This document shows positions 23,086-32,896 of a stretch of DNA of 64,000 bases, in pieces. Positions within the stretch are counted from its first letter, which is position 1. Each line of letters starts with the position of its first letter. The translations under genes and the position numbers were made by a program. The stretch comes from Flavobacteriales bacterium (lineage in GTDB: Bacteria > Bacteroidota > Bacteroidia > Flavobacteriales > UBA7312), in assembly GCA_965661505.1 (NCBI GenBank), contig CBFIDX010000007.1, positions 20-64,019 of the forward strand. Direction: 5' to 3'. Under the pieces are notes generated by a model. That model saw nothing but the letters and a program-made list of their open reading frames with translations. It was not told where the DNA came from and made no database searches.

Positions 23086-23586
23086 TTACAAGCCTAACTT
23101 AGCTTTTACTAGCGGTAAAATATTTTCATTTTCATTCGCATACAAGATGTTCCCGGTACTTGCGTCAAAAATATAAGTGAAGTTGCCTTCTTTGGCTACT
23201 TCATCAATTGCTTTTCTTGCTTTGTCTAGAATAGGGGTTATCAACTCTTGTTCTTTAGCAGATAAAGACTCTTGTGCGTTTTGCTGAAATTCTAAAATAC
23301 GTTGCTGAATGTTTTCGAGTTCACGAATTTTGTCTTGTTTAACAAGTTCGCTCATTGTTGCTTCGTTCTGTTGGTAATCGGCCAACTTCTTCTCTCCTTC
23401 TGCTTGCATAGCACCTAAGGAAGATTCTAGCCCTTTTGCATAAGATTGAAGTTCATCTTGCATGGCAACACTCTCAGGCATAATGCTCAATAACTCATTT
23501 GAATTAATGTATCCTAATTTATCTTGAGCTTTAACGGCACAAAGCCCTAGCGCCACAAAACATATGGTTAATATTGTTTTTTTCAT
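23086..23586 (-). CDS. OmpH/Skp periplasmic chaperone
   Basis: KLGYINS, coiled coil, YIFD..ILYA; second of tandem pair after bamA. Confidence 0.9.
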   Translation of the reverse strand: MKKTILTICFVALGLCAVKAQDKLGYINSNELLSIMPESVAMQDELQSYAKGLESSLGAMQAEGEKKLADYQQNEATMSELVKQDKIRELENIQQRILEFQQNAQESLSAKEQELITPILDKARKAIDEVAKEGNFTYIFDASTGNILYANENENILPLVKAKLGL

Positions 23587-23600
23587 TTTGTAAAATTTGA

Positions 23601-24113
23601 TTATTTATATCCTAACATTTCTAAAATATCATCGCTCTTGTCCAAGTCAGGATCGGCAAACAACATGCTTAACTCTCCTGTTTTATCAAAGATGACTCCA
23701 TATCTTTTTTCGGTAGCTAAATCCTGAATGGCATTGTAGATTTTGTCTTGTATGGGTTTAACTAGCTCTTGTCTTTTGGTAAACAAATCCCCTTCAGGTC
23801 CAAAGCGTTTTCGTTGTAGTTCTTTAACTTCTTTTTCTTTATTGATGATTTCACTCTCTCTCTTGACTTTCATATCTTGAGTAAGTAAAATTTGATCTGC
23901 TTGGTATTTTTTATAGAGCTGATCAATTGTTTCATAAATCTGCTCTATTTCTTCTTGCCAACTAAGTGTTAGCTTGTCCAGTTGTTCTTGAGCAGATTGA
24001 TATTCAGGTACTTTTTCTAATATATAATCAGAATCTACATAGGCAAACTTTTGTGCGTTTACATTCATTGCTAAGCAGAAAATACTCAATATAAGTGTTA
24101 ACCTTTTTATCAT
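23601..24113 (-). CDS. OmpH/Skp periplasmic chaperone
   Basis: KFAYVDSDYIL, FGPEGDL..KRQELVKPIQD. Confidence 0.92.
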   Translation of the reverse strand: MIKRLTLILSIFCLAMNVNAQKFAYVDSDYILEKVPEYQSAQEQLDKLTLSWQEEIEQIYETIDQLYKKYQADQILLTQDMKVKRESEIINKEKEVKELQRKRFGPEGDLFTKRQELVKPIQDKIYNAIQDLATEKRYGVIFDKTGELSMLFADPDLDKSDDILEMLGYK

Positions 24114-24132
24114 AATTCTTTAGCTAAGTTAA

Positions 24133-26625
24133 TTAAAATTGTTGATTGATAGAGAAATGGAATTGTCCTTTATTAGCATCTGGAATTCCAATAATATCAT
24201 CAAATCCATACCCCCAATCGACCCCCATCATTCCCATCATTGGAATAGTGATTCGTATTCCTACCCCAGCAGACCTTTTGACGTTAAACGGATTAAAATC
24301 TTTAAAAGTATCCCACGAATTACCAGCTTCAATAAAAGCCAATGCATAAATTGGAGACTGCGGATTTAACGAAAGTGCATAACGCATTTCCATGGTATAT
24401 TTATTATAAAGCGTAGCGCCTTCATTAGGCGATAATGAACCGTTAGAGTATCCTCTTAAAGCAATCACTTCTCTATCATCTAGTGCATAGCCACTTAAGC
24501 CATCTCCGCCTAAATAGAATCTTTCAAATGGTGATAGGCCAATTTCTGAATTGTACGTTCCTATCAGTCCATAATCTAAATTTGTCTTAAGAACTAGTTT
24601 GTCCGCTAAGCTGCTGAACCAGTTTGCACCAATATTCCATTTATGATATTCTACCCATCTAAATTTTTCTATATCAGCAATGTTGCTGTAATCGTCAATA
24701 TCATCGAACAAAGAGTAGGGGGGCGTCAGTTGAACGGAAAGGCGCATATTAGAACCTCGTCTGGGAAAGGTGGGTTGATCAACAGAGTTTCTACCTAGAG
24801 AAAAATTATAGCTGTAGTTATAAGCCGTTCCCGTACCTAATGAGCTGAGATTAGTCCATTCGTCAAGGTTGTATTTTTTGAGTGTAATACTTTGCTGTAA
24901 AGTAAAAAAGTCATCGGGCCATTGTAATCGTTTGCCTAATCCAACAGTTACTCCTGTAATCTTCATTTTAGGCATGGAGCTAACGGGTACATCTGTAGAG
25001 GTAGGAGATCGTTGTATTGAATGCCAAGCTCCGATTGTTAAGGCATTGGGTTTTTTTCCTCCTAACCAAGGCTCAGTAAATGAAATATTACCAGATTGGT
25101 AATAAATACCATTAGACGATGCTGATAGGCTTAATCTTTGACCATCACCTGATGGTAGAGGCGTCCAATTTCCTTTACCTTTGGATAACATCTTACGAGC
25201 AGAGAAGTTGTTGAAAGACAGTCGGAAGGTTCCGATAATTCTATTGGCTCCATAGCCTCCCTGTAGCTCTACTTGATCGGTTGACTTTTCTTCTACTACA
25301 TAGGTTAAATCAACTGTTCCATTTTCAGGATTTGGACTAACATCAATGTCTAACTTTTCAGGATCAAAGTAGTTTAAAGTTGCTAATTCTCTTTGAGATC
25401 TTATAATCAATGAACGGTTAAATAACTCTCCCGGTTTGGTGCGAATTTCACGCATGATTACGTGGTCGTTTGTTTTTGTGTTTCCAATAACGGAGACCTT
25501 ATTGATACGGGCTTGCTGACCTTCGTAAATACGTACTTCCAAATCTATGGTGTCGTTTCTTACTTCTGTTTCTACTGGCGTAACTTGAGAAAATAAATAA
25601 CCATTATCTAAATACATTGAATGCACATCACGACTGTCAGGACTTCCAAGAAGTCGGGTTTGCAAAACGGTATTGTCGTAAATATCCCCTTGCTCTATCC
25701 CTAGTAGATTGGTCAGTTCCTTATTGGAGTATTTATTATTTCCAACCCAGTTTATTTTTCCAAAATAATATGGTGATCCTTCGTAAAGGTTTATCTGCAT
25801 GGACAAGTTCCCTTCTTGGTTGAGCCATGTGCTATCGGAAACTAACTTTGCGTCTCTAAAGCCTTTTTCATTGTACTTGGCAATGATCGAGTTTTTGTCT
25901 TCCTTATAGGCCTCTTCTAAAAACTTTGAGGCTTTAAAAATCCGAAAGAACTTTTTTTCTTTCGTTTCTTTGAGAAAGCGTTTTAATTTCTTTTCAGTAA
26001 ATACGGTATTTCCTACAAAATTGATTTCTGAAATTTTTACTTTTTCTCCTTTTTTCACATCGATGATTAAAAGGACGTGCTTTTTGCTGTCCGGGTCTTC
26101 CTTTTCAGAAACGTCAATACGAACATTCAGGAATCCTTTTTCGATGTAATGATCACGGATAATATTTTTAGTATTACTGATGATGTTTTCAGTAATGATT
26201 TTTCCTCTAACTAATTTGATTTTATCTCTGATGGCATCGATATCAGATTTTTTGACTCCTTCAAATTTAAATTTAGAGAGCCTGGGTCTTTCTTCTAAAT
26301 AAAAGTTTAAAAAGATGCTGTTTCCCAAGATTTTTTCAGCACTAATTTGGATATCAGAAAACAAACCTTGTTCCCATAGTTTTTCGATGGATTTGGTAAG
26401 GTCATCACCTGGAATCGTTATGGTTTTTCCAATTTCCAAACCTGAGATTTGTATGAGTGTCTTATGGTCAAGATACTTAGTACCGCTGATATTTACACCT
26501 CCTAAAACATATTGCCTTGGAGATGAGTATGAAATAGTTTCAAGACTTTTGTTTAATGTAACTTGAGCTTTTGACAGGTAAGTTGTTCCAAACAAAAATG
26601 CAATGATAAGTATTGTTTTATGCAT
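24133..26625 (-). CDS. bamA: Outer membrane protein assembly factor BamA
   Basis: POTRA repeats (GNTKTNDHVIMRE), FTEPWLGGKKP, LRGY, DWGYGFD, C-terminal QQF; start at MHKTIL. Confidence 0.94.
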   Translation of the reverse strand: MHKTILIIAFLFGTTYLSKAQVTLNKSLETISYSSPRQYVLGGVNISGTKYLDHKTLIQISGLEIGKTITIPGDDLTKSIEKLWEQGLFSDIQISAEKILGNSIFLNFYLEERPRLSKFKFEGVKKSDIDAIRDKIKLVRGKIITENIISNTKNIIRDHYIEKGFLNVRIDVSEKEDPDSKKHVLLIIDVKKGEKVKISEINFVGNTVFTEKKLKRFLKETKEKKFFRIFKASKFLEEAYKEDKNSIIAKYNEKGFRDAKLVSDSTWLNQEGNLSMQINLYEGSPYYFGKINWVGNNKYSNKELTNLLGIEQGDIYDNTVLQTRLLGSPDSRDVHSMYLDNGYLFSQVTPVETEVRNDTIDLEVRIYEGQQARINKVSVIGNTKTNDHVIMREIRTKPGELFNRSLIIRSQRELATLNYFDPEKLDIDVSPNPENGTVDLTYVVEEKSTDQVELQGGYGANRIIGTFRLSFNNFSARKMLSKGKGNWTPLPSGDGQRLSLSASSNGIYYQSGNISFTEPWLGGKKPNALTIGAWHSIQRSPTSTDVPVSSMPKMKITGVTVGLGKRLQWPDDFFTLQQSITLKKYNLDEWTNLSSLGTGTAYNYSYNFSLGRNSVDQPTFPRRGSNMRLSVQLTPPYSLFDDIDDYSNIADIEKFRWVEYHKWNIGANWFSSLADKLVLKTNLDYGLIGTYNSEIGLSPFERFYLGGDGLSGYALDDREVIALRGYSNGSLSPNEGATLYNKYTMEMRYALSLNPQSPIYALAFIEAGNSWDTFKDFNPFNVKRSAGVGIRITIPMMGMMGVDWGYGFDDIIGIPDANKGQFHFSINQQF

Positions 26626-27373
26626 TTTCTTCTTCTTCAATTTGTTCGCTAGTTTTTCCAAACCTTCTTTCTCTTTTTTGATAATCTAAAATCGCTTCTT
26701 GTAAATTTTCTCTTCTAAAATCAGGCCATAAAATATCAGAAAAATAAAGCTCTGAATAGGCAATTTGCCAAAGTAAAAAGTTACTTACTCGATGTTCGCC
26801 ACTTGTTCTAATTAACAACTCTGGGTCGGGTATATTGTATGTAGTTAGCTCTGAAGTCAGAATTTCTTCAGAAATTTCTTCTGGAGCAATGTTTTTTGAC
26901 TGTACTTTTTTTGCAATCTTTTTTATTCCTTCTACGATTTCCCATCGAGAACTGTAACTAAGCGCAAGCACTAGCGTCATCCTTTTATTGTGTGCTGTTT
27001 TTGTTATTGCCTCCGAAAGGTTTTTTTTACAGCTAGAGGGTAAGCTATCAATGTTTCCGATGGCTTGTAACTTAATGTCATTATCCATCAGCGTTTTGGT
27101 TTCTTTGTTGATGGTTTTAACAAGAAGCTCCATTAATGCATCTACTTCCAGTTTTGGACGATTCCAATTTTCTGTAGAAAAGGCATACAACGTCAGGTAC
27201 TTTATGCCCATTTCAGCAGCTCCTTCCACAGTGTCTTTTACTGCCTTAACCCCTCCTTGATGCCCAAAAACACGAAGCTTAGATTGTTGCTTGGCCCATC
27301 GCCCATTACCATCCATTATAATTGCTATGTGTTTGGGTAATTTTGCCTTATTGATTTCTGCTAAGTAGGTCAT
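26618..27373 (-). CDS. uppS: Undecaprenyl diphosphate synthase
   Basis: HIAIIMDGNGRWA, YAFSTENWNRP, IRTSGEHRVSNFLLWQ, RERRFG. Confidence 0.96.
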   Translation of the reverse strand: MTYLAEINKAKLPKHIAIIMDGNGRWAKQQSKLRVFGHQGGVKAVKDTVEGAAEMGIKYLTLYAFSTENWNRPKLEVDALMELLVKTINKETKTLMDNDIKLQAIGNIDSLPSSCKKNLSEAITKTAHNKRMTLVLALSYSSRWEIVEGIKKIAKKVQSKNIAPEEISEEILTSELTTYNIPDPELLIRTSGEHRVSNFLLWQIAYSELYFSDILWPDFRRENLQEAILDYQKRERRFGKTSEQIEEEENA

Positions 27374-27376
27374 TTT

Positions 27377-28339
27377 TTAATACTGACAAACTTTTGGGGT
27401 TTTTAAAATTTTAAAGGATAGTGTAATTCCAGCAAATGTATACCAGTCGTTCCATTCATTAGTGTCTGCTCTTCGTTTGTCAGTATTTTGAAACACTTCG
27501 GTTCCATCGTTTAATTGACCACCGTTTCGGTATAAATCGCTAATGCTATATAAAGGATTTTGATTTAACCATGATTCAATTCTATTGAGTGTGTTAATAT
27601 CTCTTACCGCAAGCTGTGCTGCAATGATATCTTCGTTAGCTAATTTTTGTGGATCAGCATAGGTGCCTCCCACATCATCTAAGTAATCAGTAAATGTTCT
27701 TCTTATGCCGTATTCTGCTACTAGGCTAAAGCGCTGGCCTAAACTCCATTTAATACCAACTCCAAGTGGTATCGCAAACTGAGTGAGAGAATAGGCTTCT
27801 TTTTCAGGATAATGGAAAGAGTTTTGTCCCTCTGTTCCTAGAGATTGTAATTCAATCCAGTCGTTACTTGTTCCAAAACCATCTCGGTCAAATGGGTTTT
27901 CTGTATCAAACCTTCTTGCTTGAGGATTATGTTTAAAAATGGAAAGTCCTGCAAAGATAAAAGGAGAGAATGGATATCGGGTACTTCCTGTCTCGTATTC
28001 AAAAAAATTGAATTCAACTTGTCCAGAGAGTTCTATGATAGGAGATCGGAAATGAAGGTTCCGATTAATTTTAAAAGTGTCTACTACGTTTTTTTTATCG
28101 CTTCCTCTTAGTTCTCCAGACCAAGCAGAAGCTTTTAGCGCAAAGCGTCTGTTAAGATTGTTTCTATAAATAAGTCCTACGGCAGGTTGAGCTAACTCAA
28201 AATGATTTTCGTTTAAATCACCGATGTAATACGAAGTCCCTAGAAAAACACCCACTTCTGTGTAGGGGTTAAACGACTGGGCATTAACTAGGTGAGCCGA
28301 ACATGCGCAAAGACAAACTAAAAGCCACTTTTTTATCAT
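27377..28339 (-). CDS. porG: PorG-like (DUF6089) beta-barrel of type IX secretion system
   Basis: YYIGDLN, RNLHFRS, RRTFTDYLDD, NDWY.F.G motifs; position before uppS-bamA-skp; TATATTTG promoter at 28367-28374 sets start at MIKKW. Confidence 0.75.
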   Translation of the reverse strand: MIKKWLLVCLCACSAHLVNAQSFNPYTEVGVFLGTSYYIGDLNENHFELAQPAVGLIYRNNLNRRFALKASAWSGELRGSDKKNVVDTFKINRNLHFRSPIIELSGQVEFNFFEYETGSTRYPFSPFIFAGLSIFKHNPQARRFDTENPFDRDGFGTSNDWIELQSLGTEGQNSFHYPEKEAYSLTQFAIPLGVGIKWSLGQRFSLVAEYGIRRTFTDYLDDVGGTYADPQKLANEDIIAAQLAVRDINTLNRIESWLNQNPLYSISDLYRNGGQLNDGTEVFQNTDKRRADTNEWNDWYTFAGITLSFKILKTPKVCQY

Positions 28340-28395
28340 GTGATTAAATCTTTTAATCGTAACGGACAAATATAAGTATTTATGATATACTGAAT

Positions 28396-29274
28396 CTAAT
28401 TTCTTTTATCCTTGCCCCACATTAGTTTTTCTCTTATGGTTGCGATAAATGATTGACTGTGAAGTTTTATAAAATTAGCTTTAAAATCTGCTTTTCTTAT
28501 TGTTAATTCTAAAATAGGGTCAATAGCTCTAGACCGAGAGTCTAAAGCAACAAGGGCAAGCTCATCTCGATCTTCAACACGAAGTATAATTTCCCTATCT
28601 TCGGAAACAATAACAGGTCTTACATTGAGGTTGTGTGGTGCAATAGGCGAAATGATGAAGTTTTCTGTGCCAGGAACAACAATTGGCCCTCCACAACTTA
28701 AGGAATAGCCAGTTGATCCGGTTGGAGTAGCGATAATAAGCCCATCTGCCCAATAAGAATTGAGAAATTCTCCATCTAAATATGCATGGATGCGAATCAT
28801 TGAAGAAGTATCCTTTTTAAGAACAGTGACTTCGTTTAGAGCAAAATTTGTTTCTCCAAATAATTGATTATTTGTGTCTAACTGAAGTAACGTTCGTTTC
28901 TCAATACTGTATTCTTTTTTAAATATTTGATTCAGTGCACTGTCAATCTGATCTGTTGATACACTAGAAATAAAACCAAGTGTTCCGGTGTTAATCCCCA
29001 AAATTGGAATTCCTGAGTCCCTAACGAGGGTGATTGTATTAAGTAGTGTTCCATCACCGCCTATACTCAAAAGAATATCTGTATCAGCAGGGATTTCTTT
29101 TGCTGTTTCAAAAAGTTGAGTTTTTTTAGTAAAATGAAGATGATCAATTAAAAAGTCGTGAAACTGACTTTCAATAATGAGGGCAATATTATGCTCCTCT
29201 AATTTATGAATTAAATGCTGAATATATTTTGCTTTTACTGGATTAAAAGCATTTCCGTAGATCGCAATTTTCAT
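28396..29274 (-). CDS. nadK: NAD kinase
   Basis: SIGGDGTLL, GINTGTLGF, ALNE, DGLIIATPTGSTGYSLSCGGP. Confidence 0.95.
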   Translation of the reverse strand: MKIAIYGNAFNPVKAKYIQHLIHKLEEHNIALIIESQFHDFLIDHLHFTKKTQLFETAKEIPADTDILLSIGGDGTLLNTITLVRDSGIPILGINTGTLGFISSVSTDQIDSALNQIFKKEYSIEKRTLLQLDTNNQLFGETNFALNEVTVLKKDTSSMIRIHAYLDGEFLNSYWADGLIIATPTGSTGYSLSCGGPIVVPGTENFIISPIAPHNLNVRPVIVSEDREIILRVEDRDELALVALDSRSRAIDPILELTIRKADFKANFIKLHSQSFIATIREKLMWGKDKRN

Positions 29275-29277
29275 ATG

Positions 29278-30648
29278 TTAAAAAGGGTTAGAAAAGTGAA
29301 GATAAAAACCTGTTTCCCCCATGTGGTTTCGACTACATTCAAGTCGAATCAACTTATCGTAGTAGCTAACAACATCCATGCTAAAACCTTGGCTCATTAA
29401 TAATCTATTATTCAAAGGGTTGTTCGTTTCATCAAAATTACGAACGTATCCCACATCGGCAAAGATACTCAAGTAAATAGAAAAATGTGTTTTGCTAATT
29501 GATTCCATTGGAATAAAAGGTAATTGAAAATCAGTTTTCGGAAGAAGGGTCCATTTCAAAGCAGTTTTGCTTAGCGCAAATGCGCTTCCATCAATCACAT
29601 AATACTCATACCCCCTGAGGTAATCATCGTAGCCAAAGCTTTGATTTAAGATGTATGGAAGATTATTCTTCCAGTATTTTTTTGTTTTTAGGCTACTACC
29701 AATAAACCATCTTGGATAGATATTGTAATGATATTCTAGCTTGGTAGTTAGGCTAATATTTTCATAGTCATTTTTTAGTCCATTGTAATATTCAATCCAT
29801 ACTTCGCTCATATTTCCTTCTAATGGATAAATGATATAATCCCTTTTTTCTCTTGTGAAGTAATAATCTAGTTTTAGGTAATTAAAGTGTTTATCTTGAT
29901 TCAAAAAAAACAGGGGGTTGTCAATTGGTTGGAGTGTGCTCATTTGTGTTTTTTCAACGGAAAATTTATGGGTGTTGTGTAGCTTGGGCTTGTATTGAAT
30001 ACTCAATGAAAATTTCTGATCTTTCATTTGGTTTTCGCCTAGTTTTGTATAAACTAGCTCATGACGATCTGTTTTGTATTGAAATTTCTTCATCTGAAAT
30101 AACTCAAGATTTAAGCTTGCCCCCCAAGTTTTTGCTCTGTTTAGAAACGGAACCTCATATTCTAACTGATAATGTTCTTTAAACCCTATTCGATATTTTA
30201 TTTTAAGCAATTCATTTCTGCCCCTAAAGTTGTACCAATTTAAAAATACGCCGTAGTTTAAATTTGAGAAATCAGTAAATTGTGAGTTATGTAAGCTATC
30301 CCAAAAAACATTAAAGTTACGTTCCGAAATTTCAAAAATTGGATAAGGCCATACATACCATCGCTCAATGACTTTAAGTTTAATATCGAGCTGTTGGTCT
30401 TCAAGAGTTGGTGTAAACTCAATAAAATTAAAGAGCCATTGATTCTGTAAATTCTGTTTACTTTCTGCTAAAATTAACGGAACTTCATCAAGTGTTACTT
30501 TTTCTCCAACTTTAAAACTTAGTTCTCTAAGAACTACTGATTCTTTTGTTTTTTTTAGCCCTTCTATATGGATGTTTCTGATTTCTACTTCTTGTGCACT
30601 TAATAGACAGACTTGTGAAAAAAAAATGAAAGACAAAAAAAATTTCAT
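29278..30648 (-). CDS. Omp85/TamA-like protein with one POTRA domain
   Basis: GLKKTKESVVLREL POTRA start, ERWYVWP, NFRGRNE, LRGYEYY, C-terminal F. Confidence 0.8.
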   Translation of the reverse strand: MKFFLSFIFFSQVCLLSAQEVEIRNIHIEGLKKTKESVVLRELSFKVGEKVTLDEVPLILAESKQNLQNQWLFNFIEFTPTLEDQQLDIKLKVIERWYVWPYPIFEISERNFNVFWDSLHNSQFTDFSNLNYGVFLNWYNFRGRNELLKIKYRIGFKEHYQLEYEVPFLNRAKTWGASLNLELFQMKKFQYKTDRHELVYTKLGENQMKDQKFSLSIQYKPKLHNTHKFSVEKTQMSTLQPIDNPLFFLNQDKHFNYLKLDYYFTREKRDYIIYPLEGNMSEVWIEYYNGLKNDYENISLTTKLEYHYNIYPRWFIGSSLKTKKYWKNNLPYILNQSFGYDDYLRGYEYYVIDGSAFALSKTALKWTLLPKTDFQLPFIPMESISKTHFSIYLSIFADVGYVRNFDETNNPLNNRLLMSQGFSMDVVSYYDKLIRLECSRNHMGETGFYLHFSNPF

Positions 30649-31307
30649 CAGGTATTCAAGTATCGCATTAAGGAATCATATCTGTCATGAAGATCATTAT
30701 TAGATTCGGATTGATCGTAATGGGCTGTAATAGTGTATTGATATCGTTCAAATGTTTGGATAATTGGTTTTAGATCGTTTACATTTAGCTTAAGGGTAAC
30801 TTTAAGCATCTTGTTTTCCCTATGGTTACTGATGTAAGAACTTAATATTTTTGCACCATTACCCTCTACAATTTGTGCCATTTCGCTCATGGAGTAATCG
30901 TTTTTATTCATCTCAAGTATTAGTACACCGCCGTCTGATTGCATTGCAACAATAGATGCCAAAGCTTTAAGTATGGAGCGAATACTAATGGCACCCATAT
31001 AACGACCTTTATCAACCACAGGGATTAATGAAAGATCATGTTCGTTAACCAGCTTAACAATTTCAAAAACATCATGTTCAAAAGTAACCTGCGCTTGTTT
31101 TAATCTTTGTAGGATGTTCTTAATGGGTTTTTCTTGATTGTGCATGGACCACAAATCTTCTTCAGAAACAATACCTAGTAGCTTTCCGTTTTCAACAACA
31201 GGTAGGTGCAACACTTTGAATTCATCCATCAAAGACATTACATTGACTCCCCTATCTTGGGGATGAGCCGGAGTAATATCGGTAGCTATTAATTTTTGAC
31301 TTAGCAT
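30648..31307 (-). CDS. CBS-domain protein
   Basis: HLPVV and LIPVV CBS pair plus ACT-like C-terminus. Confidence 0.88.
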   Translation of the reverse strand: MLSQKLIATDITPAHPQDRGVNVMSLMDEFKVLHLPVVENGKLLGIVSEEDLWSMHNQEKPIKNILQRLKQAQVTFEHDVFEIVKLVNEHDLSLIPVVDKGRYMGAISIRSILKALASIVAMQSDGGVLILEMNKNDYSMSEMAQIVEGNGAKILSSYISNHRENKMLKVTLKLNVNDLKPIIQTFERYQYTITAHYDQSESNNDLHDRYDSLMRYLNT

Positions 31308-31364
31308 AATCTTACAACAAACATAAGTAATAGTATTTATACCTTTGTTCTTTATTTATACGAG

Positions 31365-32078
31365 ATGACAAGATTAAGTGTTAACATTAACAAAATAGCT
31401 AGTTTACGAAATGCTAGAGGTGGAAATTTACCTGATGTATGTGAGGCGGCAAAAAAATGCGAACATTTTGGTGCTGACGGAATTACAGTGCATCCAAGGC
31501 CTGATGAAAGACACATTACTTATCAGGATGTACACCACCTGAGTGGTATTGTGAAAACAGAATTCAATGTAGAGGGTTATCCTTCCGATAGGTTCATGGA
31601 GTTGGTTTTATCTGTTAAGCCAGCTCAGGTTACTTTGGTTCCAGACCCACCTGGTGTTTTAACCTCAAATGCTGGATGGGATACGGTTAATGAAAAAGCA
31701 CTTTTAGATCAAACCATCGATGTGCTACACAAAAATGGAATTCGTACTTCTCTTTTTGTTGACACAGAATCGAAAAATATTGAAGGAGCTAAAATTTGTG
31801 GTGCTGACCGAATCGAGTTATTTACTGGAAACTATGCACACTATTATCATCAAGACAAGCAAAAAGCGATTCATCCCTTTGTAAAAGCAGCTGCTTTTGC
31901 GCAAGAACTTGGATTGGGAGTAAACGCTGGTCATGATTTAAATATTGAAAACTTGCGTTTTTTTGCGCAAAAAATCCCTAATTTATTAGAAGTATCCATA
32001 GGTCATGCTTTGATTTCTGACGCTTTGTATTTAGGATTAGAAAATACCATACAGCTTTATAAAGGTCAGTTGCGATGA
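31365..32078 (+). CDS. pdxJ: Pyridoxine 5'-phosphate synthase
   Basis: [39 protein letters not shown]; TACCTTTG promoter at 31340-31347. Confidence 0.96.
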   Translation: MTRLSVNINKIASLRNARGGNLPDVCEAAKKCEHFGADGITVHPRPDERHITYQDVHHLSGIVKTEFNVEGYPSDRFMELVLSVKPAQVTLVPDPPGVLTSNAGWDTVNEKALLDQTIDVLHKNGIRTSLFVDTESKNIEGAKICGADRIELFTGNYAHYYHQDKQKAIHPFVKAAAFAQELGLGVNAGHDLNIENLRFFAQKIPNLLEVSIGHALISDALYLGLENTIQLYKGQLR

Positions 32079-32842
32079 AACTATTTTCAAGGATTTCTGG
32101 TCAAGGGCAACCCTTGCTTATTATTCATGGTTTGTTTGGTATGTCTGATAATTGGCAAAGTATTGGCAGGCAGTTTTCTGATTTTTTTGAAGTACATTTA
32201 ATAGACCTACGCAATCATGGTCGCTCACCACATTCGTCTAATTTTAACTACGACGTGATGGTAGAAGACCTAGTTAAATATATTACAGAAAGAGAATTGA
32301 GTAAGGTAATACTAATGGGGCATTCTTTGGGAGGGAAAACTGTGATGGAGTTAGCGGTTAAACACTCTGAATTGGTAGAAAAATTAATTGTTGTTGATAT
32401 TGCACCGAAGGCTTATCCAGTTCATCATGACCTTATAATTGAAGGTTTAAGCAAGCTAAATTTTAATGAGATTAAAAGTCGTGCACAAGCAGACCAGCTA
32501 CTAGCACAAGAGGTAAAAGAGCAGAGTGTACGTCAGTTTTTATTAAAAAGTTTATACTGGAAAGAGAAGAAGAGATTAGCCTTTAGGTTTAATCTTTATG
32601 CAATCGCTTCCCATATAAAAGAAGTAGGTAGGTCATTAGCGCATGGAACAGCTTATACAAAAGCTTGTTTATTTGTGGATGGAGCAGATTCTAGTTATAT
32701 CAATGAAGAAGATGAAGATTTGATTTTGATTCATTTTCCCAATGCAGAAATTATAACCATTAATGATGCAGGACACTGGGTACATGCTCAACAACCAAAA
32801 CAATTTTACGAAACAATTTTACGTTTTTGTCTTACCGCTTAA
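32075..32842 (+). CDS. Alpha/beta hydrolase (YbfF-like esterase)
   Basis: [28 protein letters not shown]. Confidence 0.9.
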   Translation: MKLFSRISGQGQPLLIIHGLFGMSDNWQSIGRQFSDFFEVHLIDLRNHGRSPHSSNFNYDVMVEDLVKYITERELSKVILMGHSLGGKTVMELAVKHSELVEKLIVVDIAPKAYPVHHDLIIEGLSKLNFNEIKSRAQADQLLAQEVKEQSVRQFLLKSLYWKEKKRLAFRFNLYAIASHIKEVGRSLAHGTAYTKACLFVDGADSSYINEEDEDLILIHFPNAEIITINDAGHWVHAQQPKQFYETILRFCLTA

Positions 32843-32896
32843 TAGACAATGTTTTCCCAAACAATGTTCTATTATTCGGTGCTATTCAAACTAATG

